Shown here: positions 41,801 through 56,800 of the stretch, piece by piece
Layout: each line of letters begins with the position of its first letter
Position numbering within the stretch: position 1 is the stretch's first letter
Assembly (NCBI GenBank): GCA_031428215.1
Contig: JANPOY010000234.1
Location: 57,790 to 121,789, forward strand
Direction of reading: 5' to 3'
Origin: Paracoccaceae bacterium
GTDB lineage: Bacteria; Pseudomonadota; Alphaproteobacteria; Rhodobacterales; Rhodobacteraceae
DNA length: 64,000 nt
The notes under the pieces: model-generated
Seen by the model: the letters and a program-made list of their open reading frames with translations, nothing else
What the model was told of the DNA's origin: nothing
The model's database searches: none
Program-made: the position numbers and the translations under genes

Positions 41801-44800
41801 TCCACGATGGACACGACACCTGCGATGGCGGCAGAGAACCCGAAGCTGAACGACAGGCTCACCGCGACACTGACGACATCCGTGGTCAGGATCTTGGTGT
41901 CATCCGCATCCAGTGTCACGTTTCCTGACAAGGCCGAGACGTCTGCGTTTCCGCTTATCCGGGCCTCGGTCAGGCTGCCGGCAATGATCGAACCGACCGC
42001 CCCCGCACCAGAACCGCTGATCGACAAACCGACGGCGCCGCCCACCGTGACAGCAGCTGCCGCCCCGACAATGGTGATCGACCCTGCGGCCTGAGCCTTG
42101 ACCAGCACGTTTCCTGTCGTGGCTGTGACCGTCGCATTGTGGATTTCAGCAATTGTCTTGGTATTGTATTCAACTTCGGTCAACGACACGGCCACGGCCA
42201 GATTGACCGCCGCGCCCGCAGAAATTCCGCCCGCCACGCTGACCGCAATGACATCTGCCGATACCGTCGAGGCATCGGTGACCTGTACCGTGACTTGTCC
42301 AGCCGAAGTGACTGACGAATCCGCAATGCGGGCCAATACCTTGTTGTTCATGACCGAGCGCGAATCCGCGCCGGTTCCAGCGCCGGAAACGCTGATACCG
42401 CCGCCTGCTCCCAAGGCCAGGCCAACAGCCGCCGCAGTGCTGACGATTGTGGCATCCGACCGGGCATCGACGGTGACGGACCCTGCCGTCACCCCGCTGC
42501 CGGTCACCTCGGCCAGTGTCTTGCCTTCAAGGGTGTTTTCCGCAAGTGTCGCCGAAACCGCCAGGCTTATTGATGCCCCGACGCCCACCGACAGGCTGAA
42601 GGAAACCGATGTCAGAATTGCGTTGATCTGGGCATTGTCGTCGGCATGGACCGTGACAGCGCCGCCTGTGACGGTTGCTGTTGCGTTGCGGATATAGGCC
42701 TCGGTCGAACCTGTTATGGTGTTGGTGGCATCGACGCCCGCGCCAGCACCCGAAACGGTGACGCCGCCTGAACCACCTCCCGACAAGGCCACCGCGATAC
42801 CCAAAGCATCAATTCTGGCCCCGCCGATGGCATCAATATCCAGAAGATCGGTAGTGACGGTGGTGGTGTCGAGCGCCGAGTCACTGCCCACGCCAGCCAG
42901 CGCCTTGGTGCCGATCACGTTCTCGGCCACTGTGGCGGCCACCGCGAGGTTGATCGAAGCTGTACCACTGATGCCGATGGACACCGCGACTGTCGTCAGG
43001 TCTGCAGTGATCAAGGCGCTGTCTTCGGCCAGAATGTCAACCGAACCCGCACCCGCTGTCGCCGTGATCTGGGCATTGTTCCGGATCGTTGCAGTTGTTT
43101 CATTGGTCAGCACATTGCGCGCCTTGACCCCGGCACCGGTGCCGCTGACCGTGATGCCACCCGACCCACCCAGACTAAAGGCGATGGTGGCCGCGAAGGC
43201 GTCGATCTCGGTGTCGTTCAGCGCATCCAGATCAATGGTTGATCCAATCACAGTCGAATTGTCGATGATCGCACTGGTGCTGCCGCCAATCACGTTGACA
43301 GCCTCGGTCGCAGCCACGGCGATGGTCACGCTCGCTCCGCCGGAAATCCCTATGGCGGCAGAAACGCTTGCCAGATCCGATTTGATCTTGGCCTTGTCTT
43401 CGGCATTGACCGTGACAGCGCCGGATCCGACGTTGACGGTGCTGTCAACGATAGAAGCCACGTTGTCACTGGTGATCGTGTTCCGCCCGACGGCCCCAGC
43501 CCCGGCTATATCAACGGTGAAGCCAGCGCTCACGCCCACGTCAAGGCTGATCGTCGCTGCAATCACGTCGATCTGTGCCTGGTTCAGGGTTTCGACGGAC
43601 AGACCTGTGCCTGTGACGGTCGATCTGTCCACCGTGGCGGTTGTATCACCCTCAACCACGTTCTCTGCCAGCGTCAGCGCGAAGGTGACAGACATCGACG
43701 CCCCGCCTGACACACCGACCGAAGCAGCAACCGTTGCCAGCACGGCATCTATATTGCTGGTGTTGTGCGCCAGCACGGTCGTCGTGGTTCCAATAGTCGC
43801 CGTTGAATCGAAAATTGACGCCTCAGTGTCGCGGTTCATGGTGTTCTTGGCCTCGACACCGGCGCCGGTGCCGTCGATGGTCAAGCCGCTGGACCCCGAG
43901 ACCGTCACCGATACTGTAATAGCCAACGCGTCGATCTGCGACTGATTGTAGGCTTCGACGTTCAATGTCGAACCCGATACGGTCGAGGCAGCAATCGTCG
44001 CGATGGTGGACCCGTCGACCTCGTTCACCGCCTTGTTCGCCGCGATGGTCAGCGCGATTGAACCGCCGCCCGAGAAGCTGAGCGAAATCGCAAAAGTCGC
44101 GATATCGGCATTGATTTGCGAACTGTCGGTGGCCTTCACCATCACCGCGCCTGTTGCCGTAACATCCGAGCCGCTTCTGATCGACGCCTCGGTGGTGTTG
44201 GTCAGCGTATTGCGCGCCACCACACCGGCACCCGTGCCCGATACCGTCAGCCCGCCCGATCCGGTGGCCGAGAAGGCCACCGTCGCGGCAAGCGTGTCGA
44301 TCTTGGCCGAATTTGTGGCCAGCACGTCAACTGCGCCCGCAGTCACGATCGAATTATCGATGGTGGCCGTGGTCGATCCGGTGATCACGTTGACCGCATC
44401 GGTGAACGCGATGTTCAGCGACAGACTCGCCCCGCCCGAAACCCCGACCGAGGCCGAGACATTGGCGATGTCTGCAAGGATGACCGACTCGTCGCGGGCG
44501 GTGACGCTGGTCTTGGCTGTGGTCACGACAGTGCTGTCGGTTACCGAAGCTTCGGTTACGGTGCCGATCTCGTTGTGCGAGATGACGCCAGTACCGGCGC
44601 CGCCGACGGTAACCCCGCCCGAGCCCGATATGCTGAGGCCCACGGTCACGGCAAGCGTGTCGATATCCATTTCGTTCAACGCATCGACCGTCAAACTGCT
44701 GCCGGTCAGCGATGTCACCCCGTCAACCCTGGCCAAAGTCTGACTGTCAATGTCGTTCAGCGACTCGGTATAGGCGATGCTGACCGCGATCGCGACTCCC

Positions 44801-47800
44801 GAAGATATCGCCACGGACGTCGAGACATTCGCCGCGTCGGAGAGGATTCTGGACGAGTCGCTGGCCTGGACTTCGACCGCGCCAATGCTGGCAACACTCC
44901 CGCCGAGGATCTGTGCCGAGGTCTCATTGGTCATGATATTGCGAGCGATCAGACCGGTGATCGAAACTCCAGCGGCAAAGCCGGAAGAGCCTGAGATTGA
45001 AACCCCGATGGCCATGGCAAAGGCGTCGATGCTGTTGTCCGTCTCCGCTTTGACCAGAACACCTTGCGGCGCGATCACGGCCGCACTGGAAATCAGCGCC
45101 TTGTTGTCGGTCTCAATAGTGTTTTCGGCGATGGTGACGCTGACGGCGAAGGATACCGCTGCGGCCGAAGAGATAGACACCGCCAGTGTTGCAGATGCAA
45201 TATCGGCAAAGATCGAGGATGTGTCGCTTGAAGTGACGTTGACCCGTCCACCTGCCGTGACACTTCCACCTTCGATGGTGGCGGCAAGCGTGTTCTGCAT
45301 CAGGTTTTTAGCCACGACACCAGAGCCACCGACACCGACCGAAAATCCCGAGCTGGCGGCGACAGTGATACCGATGGCCAAGGCCAGCGCGTCGATTGAA
45401 TCCATCGCCTCGGCCGAAACCGTGACGTCACCGGCTGTGGCAACCACAGTCGAATTCAGGATATTGGCGCTGTACTGACCGCCGATCTGGTTCGAGGCAA
45501 GGTTGATCGCCACAACAGCCGAGATCGAGCCGCCACCCGAGGCGGAAATGCCGACAGCTGCGGCAGCACTGTCGGCCAGAATGGTTGACTGGTCGGTCAG
45601 GCTCACGCTGACATCGTCCGCCGCCGTCACTGTCGATCCGGTGATCTGCGCAGCCACCGTGTTGCTGGTGATGTTGCGGGTTTCTGTGCCCGCGCCTGCC
45701 CCCGCCAGCGCCAGCGAAGAACTGGCCGAAACCGACACCGCAGCCGAAATGGCCAGCGCGTCGATGCTGTTCTGGATGTTGGCGCTGACAATCACGTCGT
45801 CACCCTGCGCCGTCACAGTCGAATTTTCGATCAGCGCGTGATAGTCGCCTGCGATCTCGTTCTCCGAGATGTTGACCGCAACCACACCGGTCAAGGCCAC
45901 CCCCGAACTTGCCGAGACGCCCACCGCAGCAGCTATTGTGTTGGACTCAATTCCCGACTGGTCGCTCAGTGTCACGCTGACATCGTCCGCCGAAATGACG
46001 GTCGAGCCAGTGATCGCGGCACCCAGCGTGTTGGTCATGTAGTTGCGCGACTTGGTGCCCGATCCGGCACCACTGATCGCCACTGCGCCGCTCGACGCCG
46101 ATACCGAAATCGCAGCCGCGATCCCAAGGGCATGGATGGTGTTCATCGCGACCGCCGAGACAATCACATCACTGCCAACGCCCTTTGCCGTAACCGTCGA
46201 ATTCTCGATGGCCGCACGGCTGATGCCTTCGATGACATTTTCAGCGAGCGAAACGGCAACCGACAGACCGACCCCCGCAATGCCACCAGAGACGGCAACC
46301 GAAACCGAAGCCGCGATCACATCAGAGGTGATCTGGGCGGTATCGAGCAGCGTGGCGGACACCGACCCTGCGGCATTGACCAAAGAATTCTGAATCAGCG
46401 ATTCGGTCGATCCCGAGATGGTGTTGGTGGCAGTTGCCACGGCAAGGGCGGCAGAAATCGCGGCAGAACTGCCCACCGACACCGCAATCGCCACCCCAAC
46501 CGAAATGGCATCAATGTCGCTGGCGTTCGTGGCGGCAACTGTCACGGCACCACCCGCGCTCACTGTGGAATTCACGATGCCTGCAAGAACTGCTGTGGTG
46601 ATCGAGTTGGAGGCAAGCGCGATGGCCGCAGACATCGCCAGCGTCACCAACCCTGATCCAACGGCAACAGAGGCCGTCACCGCCACCAGTGTCGCACTGA
46701 TCGCGCTGCTGCTGTCTGCTGTGATGGTCAGCGGGCCGCCAAAATTGGCGGTATCAGCGCCAAAAATGCCCGCCTGCGTCGACCCCCCGATGACGTTCAC
46801 GGTATTGGCAATACCGAAGGCCCCGGACAGTGTCAGCGATCCAGAACCGATCGACACATCCACAGACACGGCAATCTGGGTCGCCGAGATCGACTTGGTC
46901 GAGTCCGCAGCAATTGTCCCGCTGCCACCCGCGATCAGGTCAGAGTCCCCGACATGCGCGGCCACCGTGTTGTTGATGGTATTTTTGGCCAGCGAGACAG
47001 CGGCGGTAATGCTGATCGTCGCAGCTGATCCGCCGATCGTGGCCGAAACCGCCGCAGTGATGACATTGGCCTCAACGGTGGCACTGTCGGTGGCGAAAAT
47101 CCCGGCCGTTCCGTCTGCCTCGACCGACGACCCCTGAATAACGCCGGCTTCGACCGTGTTGGTGATGGTGTTGACCGCAATGGCACCCACACCCGAACCA
47201 CTGAGCCCGACAGTGCCCCCGGAGACACCCACGCTCAGCGATGCAGCAATGGCAGTGGCGGTGATGGAACCATCCGACGAGGCGTTCAAACGCATATCAC
47301 CACCGGTCGACTCGACCCTCGACGCGTCTTCGATCACCGCGCGGGTGGTGTTGGTGATCGCGTTGTTCGCATCGCTGACCGTGACGGTCAGTGTCGCCGA
47401 AGCGCCGCTGCCACCGCTGACCGAAACAGAGGCGGCGACCGCCACCAGCGTTGCCGAAATCGCCGTTGTGTCAATGGCGTCCAGCGTGATGTCCCCGCCA
47501 GCCGTCACATTCGCACTGCGGATGATGGCCAGGACCGAATTCGTCGTCTCGTTGTAAGACCGCGTCCCTGCGCCGGTCAGCGAGGCCGAAGCGCCACTGC
47601 CACTGCCCAAGCTTACACCGACCGAGGCGGCGGTCACGATGGCGGAAATCGACTTGGACGATGACGCGTCCATGTCGACGACCCCCGACACATCCACGTC
47701 GACATTGTCGATCAAGGCTTCGGTGGTCGACACGATGCTGTTGTCGGCAACCGAGACATTGACGGCCCCGGAAACAGACACGCTGCTGCTGGACGACGAT

Positions 47801-50800
47801 ACTGCCAGACCGACCGATGTGGCACTTGCCTTGATGTTGCCTGTATCTGTTGCCCTTACGATCAGATCCGCCGCAACCGAGATCGAGTCGTCGCCAGCCG
47901 AATCCGACAGGACCGCCCGTGTCGTCAGGTTGATATCGTTCAAAGAAACCGCGACGTTGGCGCTGGCGCCAACCGCGGCACCGCTTCCCGATGTCGACAC
48001 ACTCAGCGAGACACCGAAGGCGGTCGAGTCGATCGAGGCCGCATTGGCTGCGGTGATCACGACGTTTTGGCCAACAGCATTGATAGTGGTGTCATCCACC
48101 ATCGCGATCGCAGAGGCGGTCACCTGGTTGATCGTGACCGCAATGCCCAGCCCGACACCTACCTTAGCGCCAGTGCCGCTGCCGAAGTTCAGCGCGATGC
48201 CCAAAGAGCCGGTTGTGGCGTCAATGGTTCCCGCCTCCGAGGCGTTGACCGTGACCAGTCCGGTCGCAGTGATATCACTGGCCGTGACCGTGGCCAGAAC
48301 GGTCGAGGTGATGGCGTTGCCCGAACCCGAGCCCGCGCCCGCCAGTGCCAGCGTGCCGCTTCCCGAAGACAAGGAACCGGACACGGCGAAAGTGAAGGCG
48401 TCGATGTCCGAGGTGGACTTGGCCTCGACGGTGAAGGCCGCAGAATCGACATCGGCAAGATTGACCTGCGCCGTCGTCGACTTGGTGATGTCGTTGACGG
48501 CCATCGCCGCACCAATGGCCACCGCCCCGGCGTTGCTGCCGCTGCTGGCCGTAGACACAGCCAACGCGCCCGAGCCCGCATCGGCGTTGACCTTGCTGTT
48601 GTCCTTCGCATTGACAGAAACGGCCCCGCCGACTGCATTCACGATCTGGATGCCCGAGGGATTGCTGATGCTGGCGATGGTGGTGGCGTTGATGTAGTTG
48701 CCCGATCCGGCACCGGCACCGGCAAAGGCGGTGGAACTGTTCGAGACCGCCGCCGACCCTGCGATGGTCAGCGTGTCGATCTGGGCGTTGTTTGACGCAT
48801 CCATATCGACACTGGCCGCCGTGATCGGCGTGTCGGTGATGGTGGCGCGGATGGTCTGGGTGATGTCATTGACCGCAACCGAAGCACCGATGGAACCGGC
48901 GGAATCGCCGCTGGAATTCGACAGCGCAAGCGCAAAGGCCACGCCGCCCGCATCCGAGGTGATGTCGGAATTGTCCGCAGCGTTCACGATCATCGCGCCG
49001 GTTGTGTCGATCAGGCTGGCTGCGCCAACCTCGGCCAGAACCTCGTTCTTGACAATATTGACTGTAACCGCACCAGCCCCGGCGAACTTGATTTCGCCGC
49101 CGCTGCTTTGTTGCGAACCCGAACCGGTGTCCACCACGCCCGCAACGGCAATCACCAATGCGTCGATGTCGGTCTTGCCCTTGGCATCCAGTTCGACGCC
49201 CCCGGTTTTCGACCGCAATGTGTTGTTGCCCAGCGCCTTGGCCCAAACCTTCTGGTCCGCAATAACCACTGCGACCGAACCGGTCAGGCCCACATCACCG
49301 TTCAAAGCAAAGGTACCACCGCCCGCAACCTGTTGGATCGAAGTCTCATCGGTGCCGCGCACGAAAATGCCTTGCAAGTCGTTGCCTTCGGTCGCGTTCA
49401 AACCCGCATCGGCGTTCACGTCAACATTATTGCCAAGAACCGCCTTTGTCTCACCATTCACAACCGCAACTGTCACTGCCCCGGCGATCCCGATGGTGGT
49501 GCTATCGCCGCCGCCCGACTGGCTGCTGCCCCCGCCGCTTGAATTGCCGCTTTTGTCCGACCCAAGCGAGGCCGAAGCCGCGATGGCAAGTTGGAAGATG
49601 TCGTCATAGCTCGTCGCGGTCACAGCCAGGCCGCGGACCGTGTCCTGGATCGGATCACCAGCACTGTTGAAAACACCGCTTGACACCTCGATGCCATTGC
49701 TGCCGTTGCCGCGCGCGATCACCGAGGTGCCATCGCCCAGAATTGCCAGCGTATCATCCAGATCGACCACAACGCTGACCGAAATGCCAACAGCAGAACC
49801 ACTGAGGCTGACGCCACCACTTCCGGCATAGCTGTCGATGATGGTTTTGGACACCGCCGCAACTTCGACGCTGCCACCGGCGGTGACGCTTGCCACGCCA
49901 TCCACGACTGCATCAAGGGCGCGGTTGATGCGCGCCTCGGTGGTGGTGATGTTGACCAGCACATTCGCGCCGCCCGCACCCGACGTGCTGTCGCCTGCCC
50001 CCACGTTGACCGCAAGCTGGAAGAAGTCTTCTACCGATTCCGCCTCGATGATCACGTTGCCGCCAGCCGTCAGCGTGGTCGGCGTGCCGACCGCACCACC
50101 ATCGACGATGGCCAGAGTCGTTGCGATATGTACCGTCACGTCCAGCCCGACGCCGACCCCGGCGCCATCTTTCGAGAATGCCAGCGAGCCTGCGGCGTCG
50201 GTAATCCGCACTTCGGACAGCGCCCGCACGGAAATATCACCGGTGGTGGCGATGATGGTGGACCCGGCACCGATGATGGCGCGGGTGTCTGGGGTGAACA
50301 CGTTGATCACAGCCGAACCGGCACCGGCATCAGACCCGCTGCTTTGCTGGTCACCGCCGCCCGAGGCGATAGAGGCCCCGATGGCCAGTCCGGTGACGAA
50401 AAGCCCGGTCTCGATCACGCCGATGCCCAGCGCCTCTGGCAAGACGTCCGGGATGATGATTTCCATAGGCAGGATGGCGCTGTCGGCCAGCATCTTGACC
50501 GATCCCTGCGCCGTCACTTCAGCGCCCGCGCCGATGCTGACATCGGTATCAATCGGCACGATGTTCACAGCCACCGCAGCGCCAACGCTGGTGCCGCCAT
50601 CGCTGCCTCCACCGCTTGCGCCGCCGCCGCTGTTGCTTAGCAGCAATGCGGCACCGCCTGCGATGTTCTGGACGCCGACGCGCTGCCGCGCGGTCATGTC
50701 CACATCACCGCTTGTCGCAGTCACTTCTGCACCACCTGCAATGCTGGCGTCGGTATCGCTTTCGTAATAGTTGACCCCGGCCGCACCAGCGATGGCCAGA

Positions 50801-53800
50801 CCACCGTTGGAGTTGGTGCCCCCGCCGCTTCCTGGATTCGACTGTTCGTTGCTCTTCTGCTTGACGCCCGCGCCGGCAAGCGCAATGGCCTGCATCTCAT
50901 TCATCTCGCCGTCCGACGTGCCAGCCTCGACCTTGAGCGACCCGGTGCTGATAGTGGCCGCTGCAATTGCGGCGTTGGCCGACAGGATGGCCACGTTTAT
51001 GGCAACTGCCGCCCCGACCCCGGTCTCGCCGTCGGTGGTGTTCAGCGCCAGACCTGTGGCCAACGAAGAGGCGTCGGCATTGTTCAGCGCCTTGACTTCC
51101 ATGGCACCTGTGGAGTTGATCGTCACGGCCTCGACCTTGGCCGAGACATCCATCACCATGACATTGGCCGCAAGCGCCCCTGCAACGCGGACGGAACCGC
51201 CGGTGGTCTTTTGGGATGCCTGCTGGCCGTTGCCGCCGACACCGCCCGGATTGCTGGTCTGAGCCCCAGCCGCGTTGTTGCCGGTTTGCACCTGGCTGCC
51301 GGGCTGTGGCGTGGTGAGAGCTGCGCCCGATTGTTGGTTGGCAGCGCCGGTCGCGCTCGTTGACTGTTCGTCAGCACTGGTGCCGTCGCCTTGACTCGTC
51401 TGTTTCTTGGCACCCTGCGAACTGCCTGCGGACACTGTCACAGATTTGGCCGTACTGACCGCCTGCACCGTCACATTGTTGGCGGTGGCTCCGGTCGCTG
51501 ACACATTGCGCGCCAGCAGGGCGCTGGTGTCATCCTCGGCCCAGACAATGGCCAATGCGATGCCCACGCCGGTCTCGCCGCCCTTGGTGTCGGCATCGGC
51601 TTCGGTCACAAGGTTGAGAGAGTGGGTCGCCGAGACCGTCAGGTCGCCATCCACCGACAGACCGGTGGCGCCAGCCGGAATCGTGGCGTCGGTGTTGTTC
51701 AGCGACACCATCAGCGCCAGTGCCCCGCCAACCGAGGTGCCGTCGGTGGCTGTTGTGATGCCGCCAGCCTTTGCCTTGGTCACTTCGGTGTGGTTGCCGG
51801 TGGCCGCGACCGTCAGGTTGCCAAACCCGGCCAAGGTCGCGCCGCCTGCAACCGAGGCTGCGACGTTGTGATCCGATACGCCGATGGCGAAGGACAGGCC
51901 CAGCCCCAGTGACTTGCCCTTGACATCAGCCGAGGGCAAGGCGCGGGTCAGGCTGTAGGTGGTGCTTTCGGCGGCCACCGTGCTGGCACCGCCGCCCGTC
52001 ACGGTCAGAACCGCCCCTGCGCCATAGAGAGCCGACGCATCGCCAAGACCGACATTCACCGCAACCGATCCGGCCACGCTGGTTTTGCCGCCCGAAGCGC
52101 CGGAAATCGCGGTTGCTCCGGCGCTGTGGCTGGCCTCGGTCAGCTTGTGTTCGGCCGCCGAAGCGGCAGAGGTCAGCACGATCGCCTCGCCCTTCATGGC
52201 CTTTGTGCGGTCTGCGGCCAGCTTCAGTCGGCCGTCGGCCTCGACAATGGCAAAATAGGTCGTGCCATCGGTCAGACCGCCGATGGCAGCACCGTTGGTG
52301 TCATAAACAACGGCCTCGCCGGTCTGGATGCCGCCGGGATTGTCAAAGACAATCTCGAACCGGCTCAGATCCGGATCGAAGGTTATGGTGTCGGCGCTGG
52401 GCGCGGTGCGGACCAGTTCATGCGCGTCGCCCACGCCTTGTGACTTTAGGTCAATGGCCTTGCCTGCCTCGGCATCAGACTGGCTGGCAGCCAGCTTGAT
52501 GGTGCCGTTTTCGCCCATGATGACGAAGTAGTCGGTGCCGGTGGTCAGCCCTTCGATGGCGGTGCCACCAGTACCTTGATTGTAAGTCACTTTCTCGCCG
52601 GTGGTGAAGGCCACTTCGGGCGTACCCACGAATATCGTGTTGGCCTCGACATCGACGGTGTCCAGATCGCTGGCCTCGATCTTGATGTCGCGTGCCGCCA
52701 TCAGCGCCTGCACGTTGATGCCTGCGCCGGTGACGCTGGCTTTGTCCAGAAGGGCGGTGTTGTCGACATCCGACACGTTGACGGCAATGGCCGCGCCGAT
52801 GGTGGTGTCATTCGAATTGTTGCTGCCCTGGCTCGCCTTTTTCTTCAGCGTTGCCTGCCCATCGGCGCGGGCATTGGCATCGGCATTGGCCTCGGATTTC
52901 ACCGTGACGGCACCGCCTGCGACAACAGTGATCGGCGCACCGTCAGCCCCAAGGATCACCGCCCGCGCGCCGGTGTCGCCAATGTTGATGCCGATGGCCG
53001 CCGCGACCGTCAGTTGACCGCTGCTTGTATTCTGCCGGCTGCTGGGGCTGGCTGCGGCGTTGCCGGTTCCGGTGGTTGTTGTGCGGCTGTTGGCCTCGCC
53101 GACCTGATTGTTGGTCTGGTTTTGGACGCTGTTGCCGTTTTGCGCACTCCCATTGCTTGCGGCCTGCTGCGACCCAACGGCCGAGGCGCGTGCATCGCTG
53201 CGACTGATGGCCGTCGCCCGCGCCGTCACAAGGATCGCGCCGCCCGCAGTGATCGACCGCGACAAGGTTGCCACGGCGCTGTCGAAGGTGACGGTCAAAG
53301 CCAGCGAAGCCCCGATGGCGGCGTTGGTTGCATCAGCACTGCCCATGGCCTCGGTCGCGGTATCGGCGTCCAGTGTCGCCTTCAGTGTCAGGTCGCCTGT
53401 GATGGCCAGCGCACTGCCCGAAGGCAGGCTGGCCAGCACGTCGTTTTGAGCAACAGTGATGCCGATCACCGGAGTGACCGCCGTGCCTCCGGTGGCAGAC
53501 GCGCCGCCCTCGACCTCGGTCATCATCTTGTGGCTGCCAGCGGACTCGATGGTCAGGTTGTTGGCCCCGGCCAAGGTGGCGGCGCCAGCCATCGCGGCTT
53601 CGGTCAGCATGTCACTGACGTTGATGCCGATCGACACGCCGACGCCGATGGCATTGCCCGAACTGGTCGAGCTTGATCCGGTGCCTGCACCGCCACTGGT
53701 GCCGCCAGCGCCCGCACCACCAGAGCTTTGGGCCTTCTTGGCGGCGGTGGCCGCCCCCGCCTTCACGGTTGCATCGGTTGCCGACTGGGCTTTGATCGTC

Positions 53801-56800
53801 ACGTCGCCCGCGCCGGTGATGATCACCTTCGCCTGATCAGACACCAGGGCAGAGGTAGAAACGCTGGGCAGGTTCAACGCAAAAGACCCGGCCACGCCGG
53901 TGGATCCGCCGCTGGCACCCGATGTGGACTCGGCGCTGAAGGTATGGGTCTTGTCGTCGCCGCGCTCAAACATCAGCGCCTGTACGGCAAGGCCGCCCGC
54001 AGTCACATCGGCATTGCCAAGGGTGGCGTCGATGTCGGCAGACCCCCAGTTCAAAGACACCGCCGCGCCAACATTGGTGCTGTTGGCGCCACTGGCCGGA
54101 ATTGTGGTGGCTGTGCCGTCCGCCTTGGCCGAACCATCCAGATTGCCGCGCGCCGTCACCGCAACCACGCCGGTGGTGTTCAGAACCGCGCCATTGTCGA
54201 TGGTCGCAATCACATCAAGATCAGCGATGTTCAGGCTGATCGCGGCGGCAACCGACAGGCTGCTGCCGTTGTTGGAGGCATTAGACTGTGACTGGCCGGT
54301 CCCCGCCGAAGCCGGCGCAGCTGCGCTGCTGGTCCGGGCTGCAGTCTGGCTTTGGGCCTGACCTGTCTGTGCCGCTGTCTGGTCGTTGACATTCTGGCCG
54401 CCGTTGGCTTCAGGCGCGCCGGTGGCGCTGGCCTCGGCCTCGGTGCGGCTCGCCGCTGCGCCTTGGGCCAGCAGCGACACGCCGCCGCCGGTTGAGGTCA
54501 CGCCGCGCAGAAGCTGCGCCTTCACGTCATCTTCGGCCACGGTCAGACCAAACGAGATGCCGACCGCCGCACTGGTGCCTTTGGCGTCGCCCTTCGCCAC
54601 GGTGGCGGTATCCGCCACATGGGTGGCTGTGACCGACAGATCGCCGCCGATGGTCAGGGTGGCCCCCGACTGGACCACCGCCGCAGTTTCATTCATTGCC
54701 ACCGAAATGCCCAGCACCGGGGTCGCCCCGACACCGCCGGTGGATTGCGCGCCGCCTTCGACAGTCGTGCGCATGGCATAATCGCCGGTCGCAGCCAGCG
54801 TGATGTCATCAGGCGCACCAGCGACGGTGTTGATCAGCGCGCCGGTTTCATAAGTGGCACGGGTGTTGTGATCGGTGATGTTCAGCCCGAACGAAAAGCC
54901 GACGCCGGTTTTGCCGGCCTTGGACTGCTGGGCATTTGCATCGACACCCGCCATCGTGTCTGCGGTGGCGCTGATCGTCAGCGCACCAACCGTTCCGCCA
55001 ACATCGGCGCCGTCACGCAGCACCGCCGTCGCGGTGTTGGCATGGCTGGCCGTGGTGTTCACTTCGGCCACATTGATCGCCAGCGACCCGGCGATGCCTA
55101 GATTGCCGTTTGATGCGCCAGACATCGCATCCGCCGCCGCCCGGCTTTCGGTTTCAGTGAGTTGATGGTTGGTGCCAGTGCCCGCACTGGTGATCTTGAT
55201 GGTGTCACCTGCAAATGCCTTGTCACGCGACAAGGCCAGCTTCAGGTCGCCATCCGCGTCGATCACCGCAAAATAGGCGGTGCCAGTGGTCAGCCCGCCG
55301 ATATCGGTGCCACCGCCACCGCCATTGCCATAGACCACCTCATCGCCGGTCCGCAGGCTGGCTTTCTCTGTGCTGTCGAGGCCAAAAACATCGGTCGTCG
55401 GGTCGAATTTGATCGCATCTTCACCGGTCTTTTGCAGCTGATGCTCACCCGAAGCGGATCCCAGCGTAAGGTCGATGGTCACAGCCGGGTCGGCAATGGC
55501 GTTGGCCGCAGACGCCGCCAATTTCACCCGGTCATCCCCGGCGGCGACCACATAATAGGTCTGGCCAGTGGTCAGACCGCCGATCGCATCGCCACCGCTG
55601 TTGTTGGTGTAGACCACCGCATCGCCGGTGCTCAGACCGTGATCCTTGCCGACAAAAATCGTATTGCCAGCCTCGTCCAGCGTCTTGGCGGTCACAACGG
55701 TCAGCGGCAGGCTGCGCGTGGCTTTGCCTGCGTTGATCTCGATGCCGTCGCCGGTCAGGGTGGTGCCCGCGCCGGAAGACGCAAGGGTCGAGACGTTGGA
55801 ATAGGTCAGTGCTACTGCCGCACCAATCGAGCCACTCGTGCCCTTCGTGGCGCTGCCATCGGCGTCGGCCAAGGCATCCACATTCGACAGGGCGCTCAGG
55901 GTCAATTTGTCATCGGCACTGATCGACACGCCATTTGCGGGAACGGTGGCGGTATCGACATTCTGTATCGTCAAGGAAATCGCCGCCGCGACCGACATCT
56001 TGCCGCCGCCCTGCCCCGCAGCCGAAGGTGTCGCGGTGGTGCGCGGACCTGAGCCAGTACGGTTCTCTGTTTGCTTGTCGGCAAAAGTGGCCTGTTGGTC
56101 TGCGGTGTCATCGACGCCGTCCGGGTTCGACCCATCATCAGCGGCAGCCCCGGCGGCCGAAGCCTTGGCATCGGTGCGCGACCGGATCAGGCTGCTCGCG
56201 GTCAGCGCAACCGCGCCGCCGGTCGAGGCGAGATTGCGCAGCACCCGCACCAGCGAGGTTTGCTCGTCCACCGTCAGACCGAACGAAATGCCAACGGCGG
56301 TGCCGCCTTTGGCATTGCCTTCGGCGGTGGTCAAAGCCCCGGCGTCATGGGTGGCGTTCAGGCCGATGTCACCGGCAAAGCTGACCGCGCCTGTGCCCGT
56401 GCCGATCTCGGCCACGGTGTCACTGAACAGCAGCGTGATCGCCGCGACCGGCACAAAGGACGTGGCACCCGAGGCCCCGGTGGCCCCGCTTTTGGCAAAG
56501 GTTTCCACATCTTGACGGCTGGTGGCCGACAGGGTCAGATCATTGCCACCCGAGATGTTGGCATCCGTATCGACGGCGGCCCGCGTTTGAAAGTCGATGA
56601 TCGCCAGCGCGACCGAAGCTCCGACGCCGGTGGATGAGCCTGTCACGCCGTCCTCGGACGGAATCGCTTTGGTCACGGTACTGGTTTCGGACAGCGCGGT
56701 CACGCTCAGGTGCGAGCTGTTCAGATTGACCGTTCCACCGATGCGCGCCTCGACATTGGCTAGGCCGACATGGATCGCCAATGAGCCTGCGACCGAGGTT

